Shown here: positions 54,301 to 64,000 of the stretch, piece by piece
Position numbering within the stretch: the first letter of the stretch is position 1
Layout: every line of letters begins with the position of its first letter
From: Callorhinchus milii
Taxonomy: Eukaryota
NCBI RefSeq assembly: GCF_018977255.1
Contig: NW_024704742.1
Span: forward strand, 14,510,001-14,574,000
DNA length: 64,000 nucleotides
Direction: 5' to 3'
Translations under genes and position numbers: made by a program
The notes under the pieces: generated by a model
Told to the model about the DNA's origin: nothing
Databases searched by the model: none
What the model saw: only the letters and a program-made list of their open reading frames with translations

Positions 54301-55302
54301 ATTTTTTACAAGCCCAAAATTTCCACCAGCCTGTACATAGACTGCTGACTCCCAACAAGCACTAACGCCGGCCAGGCTGAGCAGCCCAAGGAATTTTTTC
54401 CAGCCTCATTTGCTAGCCTTCAGTGTCCGTGTGTAGTAGCCCTCTTTGGTGAGTGACTACACAAGCAGAAGATAGCTTATTCACACATTAAAAAAAATTG
54501 CAGTGCCGAAAAAATGCCAATAATGCCAGGACCAGCACTATCATTACGCTTATATAGAAATTCCAGCTCCCGGGACAGGATTTCCCCCCACCCCCCTCAC
54601 CCCAATTGGTCCGGCTTAGCTGGAGTTTATCTATGTATATGTTTTCAGTTTGGCAGTAGATTACATTCTGAATCCAAACCTCAATGCTATTTTATCCAGA
54701 CCGCACACATTCTTGCTGCCAGTGATATACAGTATATCTGGACAACAACAATGCATTTATATTGAACAATGGAATAGTTGGACCCCAAGCCAGGGAGGAA
54801 GGGAAGCTGACTATAGGCACGGTTGAAGAGGAAGGTCTTCAGATGTGGTTAACAACCCAAATTAATCACTTCTATGACCATTATCCCTCTGCACAATTCA
54901 GAATTTAACATTGGTCACTCAATCCACGACTGTTTGTTGTGGATTGAGTAACCAATGTTTGCCATGGATTACTGCTGTGCATAATTGGCTGCCGTGTTTC
55001 ACCCACAAAATATACAGTCAATTCACTTTACAGCATATTCTGTGAAGCACTTTGAGATGTCTCGAAGACGTGATAAGACGCTATATCAAATGCAAGGAAT
55101 ATTACTGTTATTATAACTAAAGAACAAGTTATTTCAGGCTTGCTCAAGCCAGTAATGCCAGTAATGCTAGGCCTGAAATCAACAGATAGACTTGCACACA
55201 GAATGAACTTCTCAAAGTGTTTCACAAGGATAATGGGCATCCCCTCAACAGGGATGAGATGAAAGCAAGATGAATTTCAGGAGTATTTCTCCAGCATCTT
55301 AC

Positions 55303-55453
55303 CTCCTTGAGGTATAGAATAAGGTTGACCTGTTCCACTGTAGTGGGTATAGTGAGACTGGGAAGCTGCTGACCCAAAGCCGGCTGGATAGCCTCCCATT
55401 CCAGGCTGAGCCTGAGAGTAAGGCGGAGTTGCTACATATCCTTGTTGACTCAT
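55303..55453 (-). CDS. SEC24D: SEC24D exon 2 coding part (start codon; the exon begins at 55504)
   Basis: Acceptor ttgcag at 55505, then AGG-ATG and MSQQGYVATPPYSQAQPGMGGYPAGFGSAASQSHYTHYSGTGQPYSIPQG, donor G|gtaag. 151 coding nt, phase 1. Confidence 0.97.
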
Positions 55454-57894
55454 CCTTTGTTCAGAATATGTTCATTCCTTAAACGACAAAAACCCTTAAG
55501 AAACCTGCAAGGGAAAAATACAAATCAGAATTTAGGTTCACAAATTATTGAACTGCTGTATGTTGATTCTATTTGCTACAAATTGCCAAGTGACACATTT
55601 GTTTCAGAAATCTAGGTGAATGGCTCAAGTTACTTCAGGGAACAGTCAAGGTATCACCAAACCTCTGTCATTGTTTACTCAGAAGAAATACCTTTCTCGA
55701 TTACAAATTGATGATGATTCTCAATTATCAAATATCAGTGCTGCCAGCATGGCTCACTTGGTAGCCCTCTCACTTCTGAGTAAGAGAGTTGTGGGGTCAA
55801 ACCCCAACAATGGGACTTTGAACTCACAGTCCAGGCTGACACGACAGGGTGCAGTGGATTGCTGAAGGTGCGATCCCTCAGATTCCATGTCAAAACCAAA
55901 GTCTCATCTGCCTCATCTGCTGTTGAATGGTAAAGATCCTATGACACTATTGGAAAAAAAGAGGAGTTTCTCCTGATGTCCTAGCCAACAATCCTCCAGA
56001 TAAAATTGTTCATTCACTTAACGGTTGTTTGTGGGACATTGCTGTGCACAAATTGTCTGCCATGTTTGCTATTGAAGTTCCAAGAAGGGCATGCATCTTT
56101 AGCATCTTTTGCTGCCCTGGCTATGTTGACTGATCAAAAAATAAATTGTGAGAATGAATAAAGATCACCCATTGGACTGACTTCAGGGTTGTTCATCTAA
56201 ATAGGTTGGCTTCTCATCCTTACATGTTAGAATCATTCTTTATTGTACAAATTAAATGAATAACATTCATACACTATTTCATCAATTACAGTTTAACAAG
56301 CCCGAAATCTCATTTTGCAAATTCTTAAATTTATTCTTAGTTCAAAAGACAGTTTTCTATAGTTCTTAAATAGAATCAGATTAATAGATTTCAAATCAAG
56401 TCTGAATTTTAGAATTTTTCACAATTCTTTGTGATGTTAAACTTTAAGACAAAATGTTCTTACAAGCTAAGACCACATAGTATTTGGAGTCTAATATAAT
56501 AGTAATGGACATATTCTACAATTGTGCAGGCAGCTGTTTGTATAACTACTGTATACACATCTCCTCTTGCAAATACTCTACATTAAATAGACTGCTTTCT
56601 GCAGCAAAATCCAGATTACATTCTTCACAAATGTATATGCTGTAAATTTATACCATTAAGAAATACTGGGTGGCACATTGTGGTATGTTACTGCTCATGC
56701 ACACAGGAAGTGATATCAGTAGCAACTGTGCAAGCTGGAAGTTGGTCTTTTTTAAAAAATCATAGGTCGTTGGCTAGTCACTACTGGTAGCTGGATATTT
56801 ACAATTAGCATAGATCTGTGTTCTTAATAAATCTGCATTCAACGAGGAGGCATTCTAATGGGATTGTCGTGTATTGTATAATTTTTCCAAACATTAGGCT
56901 ATAGTTTTGCACTCTGAAGTTCAATAGTCTATCCTTCCAGCCTTGATCAAAAGCAAGCACATGCAATTATATAGCATCTTAATATAGAATGACATCTCAA
57001 AGCAATTCACAGAGATGGAGTGGGAGCCCAAACAGGGTGGAAAATGGGGAGTAGATGGGAGGAGGTTAGAGACACAGTGAAAGAAATAGCATTCTAGTAA
57101 AGTTTTGAACGCATAGGAAAAAGCTAGGAAGAGGGATTCGGGAAGAGAGTTTCAGAGAGGGTAAAATGATTGAAAGCTAGCCTACAAATTGTGGGACAGA
57201 GGACAAGAAGCAGGCCTAAGTCAGTAGAGCAAAGGGAGAAAGCAGAGGAATAACACTGCACAAGATCAGAGGTAGACTGGGGCAAGGCCGAGAAGACATG
57301 TGAAAGAAAGAACAAGGATATTAAATTCAATCCACTGGGGAATTGGGAGCCAGTAGAGCCTGATGAGGATGGGGACGATGGCTTGTGGAGCCTTGTGTGG
57401 GAGAGAATGCAGGCTGCGGATATTTGGATAATCTGGATCTTGCAGATGGTAGAGCTGGGAAAACTGGTGAGCTGGCCATTGGAAATGTCAAATGAACAAT
57501 AAAATGAATACTTGATCAGCTGAATTATGTCAAGTCTCAGCCAGGCCACTACCTTGAGCAATGCATTTCTTTTGGAGCCAGATATGGGAAATACTAATAG
57601 AACATTCAGACAATATCCAACTAATAATAATCCTGGATAGCACCTTATCAGGGGTCAAGCTGGCTCAGATGTCAACCTAGCTTAGATGATAGCACTTTTG
57701 TCTCTGAGTCAGAACGTTGTGGGTTCAAACCCCACATTCCACCATTTTGAGCTCATAGTCCAGACTGCCACTCCAATACAATAATGGGGGAATAAATAAT
57801 AATAATAAATCCTTGCATTTGATATAGTGCTTTTCACGTCTTCTATATAATAATAATAATCCTTGCATTTGATATAGTGCTTTTCACGTCTTCT

Positions 57895-58134
57895 ATATAA
57901 TAATAATAATCCTTGCATTTGATATAGCGCTTTTCACGTTGGGAGGACGTCCTAAAGCACTTCATAGAATTTGCTGTAAAGTGAATTGACTGTATATTTG
58001 TGGGCGAAATGCGGCAGCCAATTGCGCACAGCAATGTCCCACAAACAGTCGTGGATTGAAAATGACCAATTTATTATTGTTTTGTTTTGGAAGGATTATT
58101 ATTAGGCGTGTGGAGTAAGGAAACTTGCCCAAGG
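57895..58134 (-). mobile_element. tRNA-derived SINE, short subfamily, 5'-truncated, nested in an older SINE
   Basis: Matches the family body and tail. Confidence 0.85.
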
Positions 58135-58322
58135 AATGCTGAATTTTAGGAGGTGCCATAGTTCAGGTGAGATGTTAAACCAAATGCCCGTTTGCCTATT
58201 CAGGTGGCCATTAAGACGACATGGCACAATTTGAAAAGTGAAGGGAATTTCTCCTGGCTAACAAATCCCAGATAAAATTGTTCATGCACTTCATGGCTGT
58301 TTGTGGGACATTATGGACTTGT

Positions 58323-58690
58323 GTAGTCCTGTAGTTCAGTGGTTAGAGCACTCGCAAGCGAGAGACCTGGGGTCAATTCCCAGCAGGGCGAAACATTGAG
58401 CAAGTTTCCTTACTCCACATGCCTCTGTTTACCTAGTAGTAAGTAGGAACCCGGTTATTAGTCAATTGGTCAATTGACGGATCGGTTTTCCGGGGGTAAT
58501 AATTCTTTCAAAAAAAAATTGGACACTCAATCCACGACTGTTTGTGGGGCACTACTGTGCGCAATGGGCTACCGCGTTTCGCCCACAAATATAGTCAATT
58601 CACTTTACAGTATATTCTGTGAAGTGATTTGAGACGTCTCAAGGACATGATAAGGCGCTATATCAAATACAAGGATTATTATTATTATTA
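58323..58690 (+). mobile_element. tRNA-derived SINE, long subfamily
   Basis: Full head, extra segment and (ATT)n tail. Confidence 0.88.
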
Positions 58691-59500
58691 TATGTAAAGA
58701 AGCTACCAGTTTTAACCTGCAAATTCAGTCAAACACTACACATTACAGTAAAACTCTTTGAAGCACTCTAAGATGTTTCAACACCATGATAAGGGGCTAT
58801 GTCAAACATAAGGAATATTACTATTTACTTACTCTAACACCCTCCCTGCTCAGTGATTGCTACCATTATTGTGATCAATTCAAAACATTCATGTTTTGTG
58901 AAAGGCACCATGAAAGTGCAAGATGATACTTTTGCTATTATTGTTGTTACTGTTATTGAAGTACAGTGACTATTGTTGATATGGGAAACACTACAGCTCA
59001 TCAGTGCCAGGAACATCTCACAAACAAAAATGAGATGAAGCTCCAACAAACCTCTTCTTGGTGATGCCACAGTGGCAGTTTTGGAAGAGCTCACAGTTTG
59101 ATCGGCCTCAGACTCCCAGCTGGAAAATCTGCCACAAAGCAAAAACAAACCTGAGAATATGGAAATAACATTATTTTCGCAAGAGCATGTCTAAACATTC
59201 ATAGCGGGATAGTTTAATCCATTATTTGGTCAGGAACTTGTGCAAACATTATGTATGTTAGACCACTGTACATCACAGTGAATGGTGGGTGCAAAGGCCT
59301 CACTTTGTCTGGAAAATGAACTTTTTAAAAAATATATGAAGGATAGAAAGAAAATCAAGTGTCAAGTGCTTAAAAAGGAGAATTTGTTTTCACTGAAAAT
59401 GATCAAGGAAATAAATATTCGTGTGTTGCACAGCCCTGAACCTCTGTGGCCAAAGTGACAACTCAGTCTGGTTATGAGCAGTCAGTCAGTGAATGAATTG

Positions 59501-59508
59501 CCACGTCA
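59501..59508 (-). promoter_or_regulatory. Third UPRE-type site, in intron 1
   Basis: TGCCACGTCAA on +, the same 11-mer as the promoter site. Confidence 0.55.
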
Positions 59509-59756
59509 AACTACTCCCACACGCTTCAAGTCAATGTATTATTGAACCTTTCTACCCAGTGTATAAAACAACACACAACTCGCAACAGAGTTTCACTGAG
59601 GTAACAGCTGTCAGTCAGTCAGTCAGTCAGAGCCCGTGAGCACAATGAGAGGCAAAAAAACAACACTGTAAACAAATCAGGCATTTTAACCCGAATAAAA
59701 ACAATGCAGAATATCCATCCGGGGAGAGGGCGGAGATACCCGCGATGTACATTTAC

Positions 59757-59880
59757 CTTGTGAGGTGTCAGGCTGCCGGGCAGGGCGGGCAGGGCGGGCT
59801 GGTGCCGGGCCGGTGCCGGTGCCGGGATGGGGGGGTCCAGGCTCGGGCTGTCCCTCGCGGCGCGGCTCCCGGTTAGTGCA
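59757..59880 (-). other. SEC24D: Probable non-coding exon 1 of SEC24D (5' boundary approximate)
   Basis: Strong donor CAAG|gtaaat at 59757/59756 inside the only CpG island of the window. Exon 2 has an acceptor upstream of the ATG, so an upstream exon is required. Confidence 0.75.
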
Positions 59881-59898
59881 GCACCAGCTGAGCAAATG

Positions 59899-59906
59899 CC
59901 ACGTCA
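59899..59906 (-). promoter_or_regulatory. UPRE / CREB3-family / XBP1-type site (TGACGTGG, context TGCCACGTCAA on +)
   Basis: Exact motif match in the promoter. Confidence 0.7.
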
Positions 59907-59960
59907 AGCCGCCCCGCGCCGCCGACACTGCGCACGCGCACTCCCTCGGCACTCGCAGGC

Positions 59961-59968
59961 CCACGTCA
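59961..59968 (-). promoter_or_regulatory. Second UPRE-type site (TGACGTGG)
   Basis: CCACGTCA on + at 59961. Confidence 0.6.
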
Positions 59969-59999
59969 GCGCTCAGAGACAACGGGAACCCAGGGGCTG

Positions 60000-60704
60000 G
60001 TCACCAGGGCAACCCAGAGAGACCGGGGTCACCAGGGCAACCCAGAGAGACCGGGGTCACCGGGGCAACCCAGAGAGACCGGGGTCACCGGGGCAACCCA
60101 GAGAGACCGGGGTCACCGGGGCAACCCAGAGAGACCGGGGTCACCGGGGCAACCCAGAGAGACCGGGGTCACCAGGGCAACCCAGAGAGACCGGGGTCAC
60201 CAGGGCAACCCAGAGAGACCGGGGTCACCAGGGCAACCCGGAGAGACCGGGGTCACCGGGGCAACCCGGAGAGACCGGGGTCACCGGGGCAACCCGGAGA
60301 GACCGGGGTCACCGGGGCAACCCGGAGAGACCGGGGTCACCGGGGCAACCCGGAGAGACCGGGGTCACCGGGGCAACCCGGAGAGACCGGGGTCACCGGG
60401 GCAACCCGGAGAGACCGAGGTCACCGGGGCAACCCAGAGAGACCGGGGTCACCGGGGCAACCCAGAGAGACCGGGGTCACCGGGGCAACCCAGAGAGACC
60501 GGGGTCACCGGGGCAACCCGGAGAGACCGGGGTCACCGGGGCAACCCGGAGAGACCGGGGTCACCGGGGCAACCCGGAGAGACCGGGGTCACCGGGGCAA
60601 CCCGGAGAGACCGAGGTCACCGGGGCAACCCAGAGAGACCGGGGTCACCGGGGCAACCCGGAGAGACCGGGGTCACCGGGGCAACCCGGAGAGACCGGGG
60701 TCAC
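60000..60704. repeat. 28-bp minisatellite, 25 full copies plus a partial (GTCACCRGGGCAACCCRGAGAGACCGRG)
   Basis: GTCAC recurs every 28 nt from 60000 to 60700, with only three variable positions. Confidence 0.98.
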
Positions 60705-61055
60705 AACAATAACAAGATTACATTTGTATAGCGCCTTTCATGTCGGGAGGGCGTCCCAAGGCGCTGGACAGTGTGCAGCATTTCAGTCCCGAGCTGGGGT
60801 CAGGGGGGAGAAGGGACGGGAGAGGAAGGGGGGTGACCAATGGCATGTTCGAAGAGGAGGGTTTGAGGCTGGACTTGGAAGGAAGCTAAGGAGGGGTGAG
60901 GCAGAGTGATTGGGGGATGGGATTCCAGAGGTTGGGGGCAGAGTGGCTGAAAGCTTTCCCCCCCAATGGTGGGGCGGGTGGGTCGGGGGACGTGGAGCAG
61001 GCCGGAGCCGGCTGAGCGGAGGGAGCGGGCGGGTTGGTAGGGGGTTAGGAGGGTT
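60705..61055 (-). mobile_element. Young L2-clade LINE 3' fragment abutting the minisatellite
   Basis: YLTLLTPYQPARSLRSAG; CpG-rich; the tail ends at the array edge. Confidence 0.82.
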
Positions 61056-61639
61056 AGATATGCCTCTTCTACAATCATACTACTCTGTTCCCTTATGTAT
61101 CTATTAAACAGATATATTAAAGTTCAATTCTTGTGAAAAAATATGGGGATGAGACAAGACAACAGCTTGCTCTGAGAACCAGTGCACACTTGAATGTCTG
61201 AATGGCCCCCTTCTTCACTGTAAATTTCTTTGATTCTAAAACCAAGATAGTAGAATAAAAGAACAGATCTACAGTTGCAAAGGGCAATTTCAGGGAAGAC
61301 CCTAGGAATTCTTTCTTTACCCTAATAGGAATTGCTGCTTGAAACAGGTTGCCAGGAAGGGTAGTTGAAGCCCGGATGTTGAACTCCTTTAAAATTCAAC
61401 TTGTTGATGTCATAGGAAGTAATAATATATAATAATAATAATTCTTGCATTTGATATAGCGCTTTTCATGTCTTCTCGACGTCTCAAAACGCTTCACAGA
61501 ATAGACTGTAAAGTGAATTGACGGTATAAAAGTGGGTAAAACACGGCAGCCAATTGCACATAGCAGTGTCCCACAAACAATCGTGGATTGAAAATGACCA
61601 ATTTATCATTGTTTTTGTTTTTGGAGAGACTATTAAGGC

Positions 61640-61722
61640 CCCACACACCCCAGTAATACCCCACACACCCCAGTAATGCCCTACACAGTCCAATAATGCT
61701 GCACAGTCCAATAATGCCGCAC
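61640..61722. repeat. Short degenerate ~18-20-bp minisatellite
   Basis: CCCACACACCCCAGTAAT x2 grading into CACAGTCCAATAATGC x2. Confidence 0.7.
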
Positions 61723-63197
61723 AACAACAACATTTGTAGAGCTCCTTTCACGTCGGGTAGGAGGTCCCAAGGTGCTGGACAGACATGGGGCAGGATCCGA
61801 GCATGGGGGAGGGGTGGGATAGGGCTGAGGGAAGGCAGAGAGGTGTGAAGGAACAATTGAAGAGGATGGTCTTGAGACCGACCTTGAAGGAGGCAAAGGA
61901 GGAAGTGAGGCGAAGGGACCGTGGGATAGAGTTCCAGAGTGTGGAGACAGAGAGGTTGAAAGCCCAGCCACCGATGGTAGGGCGGGTCAGGAAGGAGACA
62001 TGGAGCAGGATGAGATTAATGTACTGAAGCGCCAAAGGGCCGTCTTCATCCAAACCTTCCTTATCCTTGCAATTTTGTGACCTGTTCCAAGCCCTCTCCG
62101 CTAAACTGGTACCCAGAAGACACAGAACATTATGCTGATTTGTCCTCTGTGATTTGTCCTCTGTGGCCCAGTTAACTTAATTGAACATAATCAAATTGTG
62201 AGATCTCCTGGCTGCTTTCAGCAAATCCTCCAAGACCATAAAACATGGCCTTATTGCTTCTAGCCCAAATTAAGCAGTGTGTACTTTCTCTTCAACCGTG
62301 CCTTCAGCTCCCCTCTCGACTCTCTAACCCCTCCTCGCTCCCTCCCTTACCTCCCCTCCTCACTCCCTCCCTTCCCTTCCCTCACCCTGACCATTTCCCC
62401 CACTGCTCGGGTCCCGACCCAATTGTCCAGCACCTTGAGACGTCCTCCCGACGTGAAAGGCGCTCTATAAATGCAATCTTGTTGTTGTTGTTGTTTATAC
62501 TACTAAGTTTCTTTGCAATGGTTTGAGGATAAGGAGAGAACTCCATATATGTAGCTAAGCTCATGTGTGGGTTTCTGCTAGGCACTGAACATCAGTTTTT
62601 AATGTAATTATAAGGATTCGGAGTGTGACCAACTCTTTAATAATAATATTAATCCTTGCATTTGATATAGCGCTTTTCATATCTTCTAGACGTCTCAAAG
62701 CGCTTCACAGAATATACTGTAAAGTGAATTGACTGTATATTTGTGGATGAAAAGCGGCAGCCAATTGCGCACAGCAGTGTCCCACAAACAGTCGTGGACT
62801 GAAGTGACCAAATTATTATCTAATAATGGTGAAAAAGTTCTATTAAATAACACAAGAGATTTTTAAAAGATCATTATTGAGTGGATACCAAAATCAATTC
62901 ACATCAGCCTTGCTTATAATTCATTGATAGAACCAATGTCCTGACAAAACAACCTTCTCAAGGTAATCTTCACAGATGGTCACCAGTACCAATTGTTTCA
63001 CGATCCCTATTTATGTTGTATTTTGGCTGTCCATTAAGTGCAACTTATGCAATCAATCAATGAAAAAAATGTGGTCAATCGGTTTACATGCCCGACACTA
63101 CATAAAATAGTGAGTCCAGGATAAGTTTTGCCAGGGCTGCAACCTCTTTCTCAAGCAATAGAAATGTTCTGGAGTGCTGAAACTGCTGACTAATCCT

Positions 63198-63508
63198 ATA
63201 ATAATCCTTGCATTTTGATATAGCGCTTTTCACGTCGGAAGGATGTCCCAAAGCGCTTCATAGAACACACTGTAAAGTGAATTGACTGTATATGTGTGGG
63301 CGAACGTGGCAGCCAATTGCGCACAGCAATGTCCCACAAACAGTCGTAGATTGAAAATGACCAATTTATTATTGTTTTTGTTTTTTTTGGAGGGATTATT
63401 ATTAGGCGTGTGGAGTAAGGAAACTTGCCCAAGGTTTCGCCCTGCCTGGAATTGAACTCGGGTCTCCCGCTTGCAAAGTGAGTGCTCTAACCACTGAGCT
63501 ACAGGACT
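63198..63508 (-). mobile_element. tRNA-derived SINE, short subfamily
   Basis: Reverse complement matches 35057-35379. 3'-half copies also lie at about 1-185, 13005-13120, 29950-30113, 50495-50602, 54907-55105, 61425-61637 and 62638-62820. Confidence 0.9.
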
Positions 63509-64000
63509 AAGGAATTGAAGAAGTTTGAAAGATTAGAAATGAGATAAAATTTGAACACTGACAGGCCATTAAGTCAACAAATAGTTGTGTCTAAGCAACA
63601 GGAAGCAATATTTCTTCCTATAATAAAGGTCAAGTCTAAAGATTTATTTGAAAAAATACATTTAAATATACTGGAGAAACATAAAAAGCTGTGTCTTGAT
63701 ATACGGGGTTTATTTACTAACTAAGAAATTAGTGACCTATTTGCAATGTTTCCTTACTTTTTCGGGTATTTTTCGGTTTATGATGGTACACAGGAAATGC
63801 ACAGGAAAATGGTTAATTACTGCATTTGTACACAGTGCAACCTTTCACTAAAAAACAGATCAAGATCTGGAGCCCTTGAGTTTCATCTTTTATGGTGTTG
63901 TTCATAGGAAACTGCTCGCAGGGACACTTTAACAATGTGATGCTCCTGTGGACGTTTTAAAAGTAGAAAAACATGACATTTTTTCATTTATCATCTAAAC

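Larger units (their letters stand above)
234..55453 (-). other. SEC24D: SEC24D gene span, start codon to last visible coding exon (3' part lies outside the window)
   Basis: Eight GT-AG exons give MSQQGYVATPPYSQ...KKLDPDSIP...[32 protein letters not shown]...[35 protein letters not shown]. The N-terminus and [21 protein letters not shown] match SEC24D rather than SEC24C as I recall the mammalian proteins. Confidence 0.97.
59715..59998 (-). promoter_or_regulatory. CpG-island promoter of SEC24D
   Basis: Sharp rise in GC and CpG, several GGGCGG boxes, an NRF1-like TGCGCACGCGCA (59929-59940) and two TGACGTGG sites. Confidence 0.85.

Noticed and set aside
234..55453. SEC24C assignment or pseudogene call
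   Set aside because: Diagnostic peptides fit SEC24D. All exons, splice sites and the promoter are intact apart from one indel, which is too little to call a pseudogene.
60000..60704. CRISPR-like 28-bp partly palindromic repeats
   Set aside because: Units are head-to-tail with no spacers, there are no cas genes, and the context is vertebrate.
59765..60909. 315-aa and 360-aa ORFs with 28-aa repeats
   Set aside because: The 28-nt unit has no stop in any + frame, so long ORFs are automatic. They run antisense over exon 1 and into an L2 fragment, with no evidence of a transcript.

Overview
Vertebrate genomic DNA, about 40% GC, intron-rich and dense in repeats. The repeat content (Deu-type and tRNA-derived SINEs, L2 and CR1 LINE fragments) suggests a cartilaginous fish, possibly a chimaera; the taxon is inference. 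The window holds the 5' half of SEC24D (COPII coat cargo adaptor) on the minus strand. This comprises a CpG-rich promoter and non-coding first exon near 59.8 kb and eight coding exons from MSQQGYVATPPYSQ (55453) to the zinc-finger exon (234-372); the gene continues off the left edge. One intron is about 31 kb. Exon numbers follow the mammalian gene as I recall it. Main observations: (1) a 25-copy 28-bp minisatellite next to the promoter, each unit carrying an RFX X-box consensus; (2) three UPRE/CREB3-type TGACGTGG sites; (3) an apparent 1-nt frameshift at the exon 6 donor; (4) a local duplication of the exon 4 donor; (5) a fold-back hairpin formed inside a SINE; (6) a composite SINE family sharing its 3' end with L2; (7) several nested or miniature DNA transposons. 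I found no nested protein-coding gene and no clearly new multi-gene system. Almost all ORF-track entries are chance or repeat-derived.
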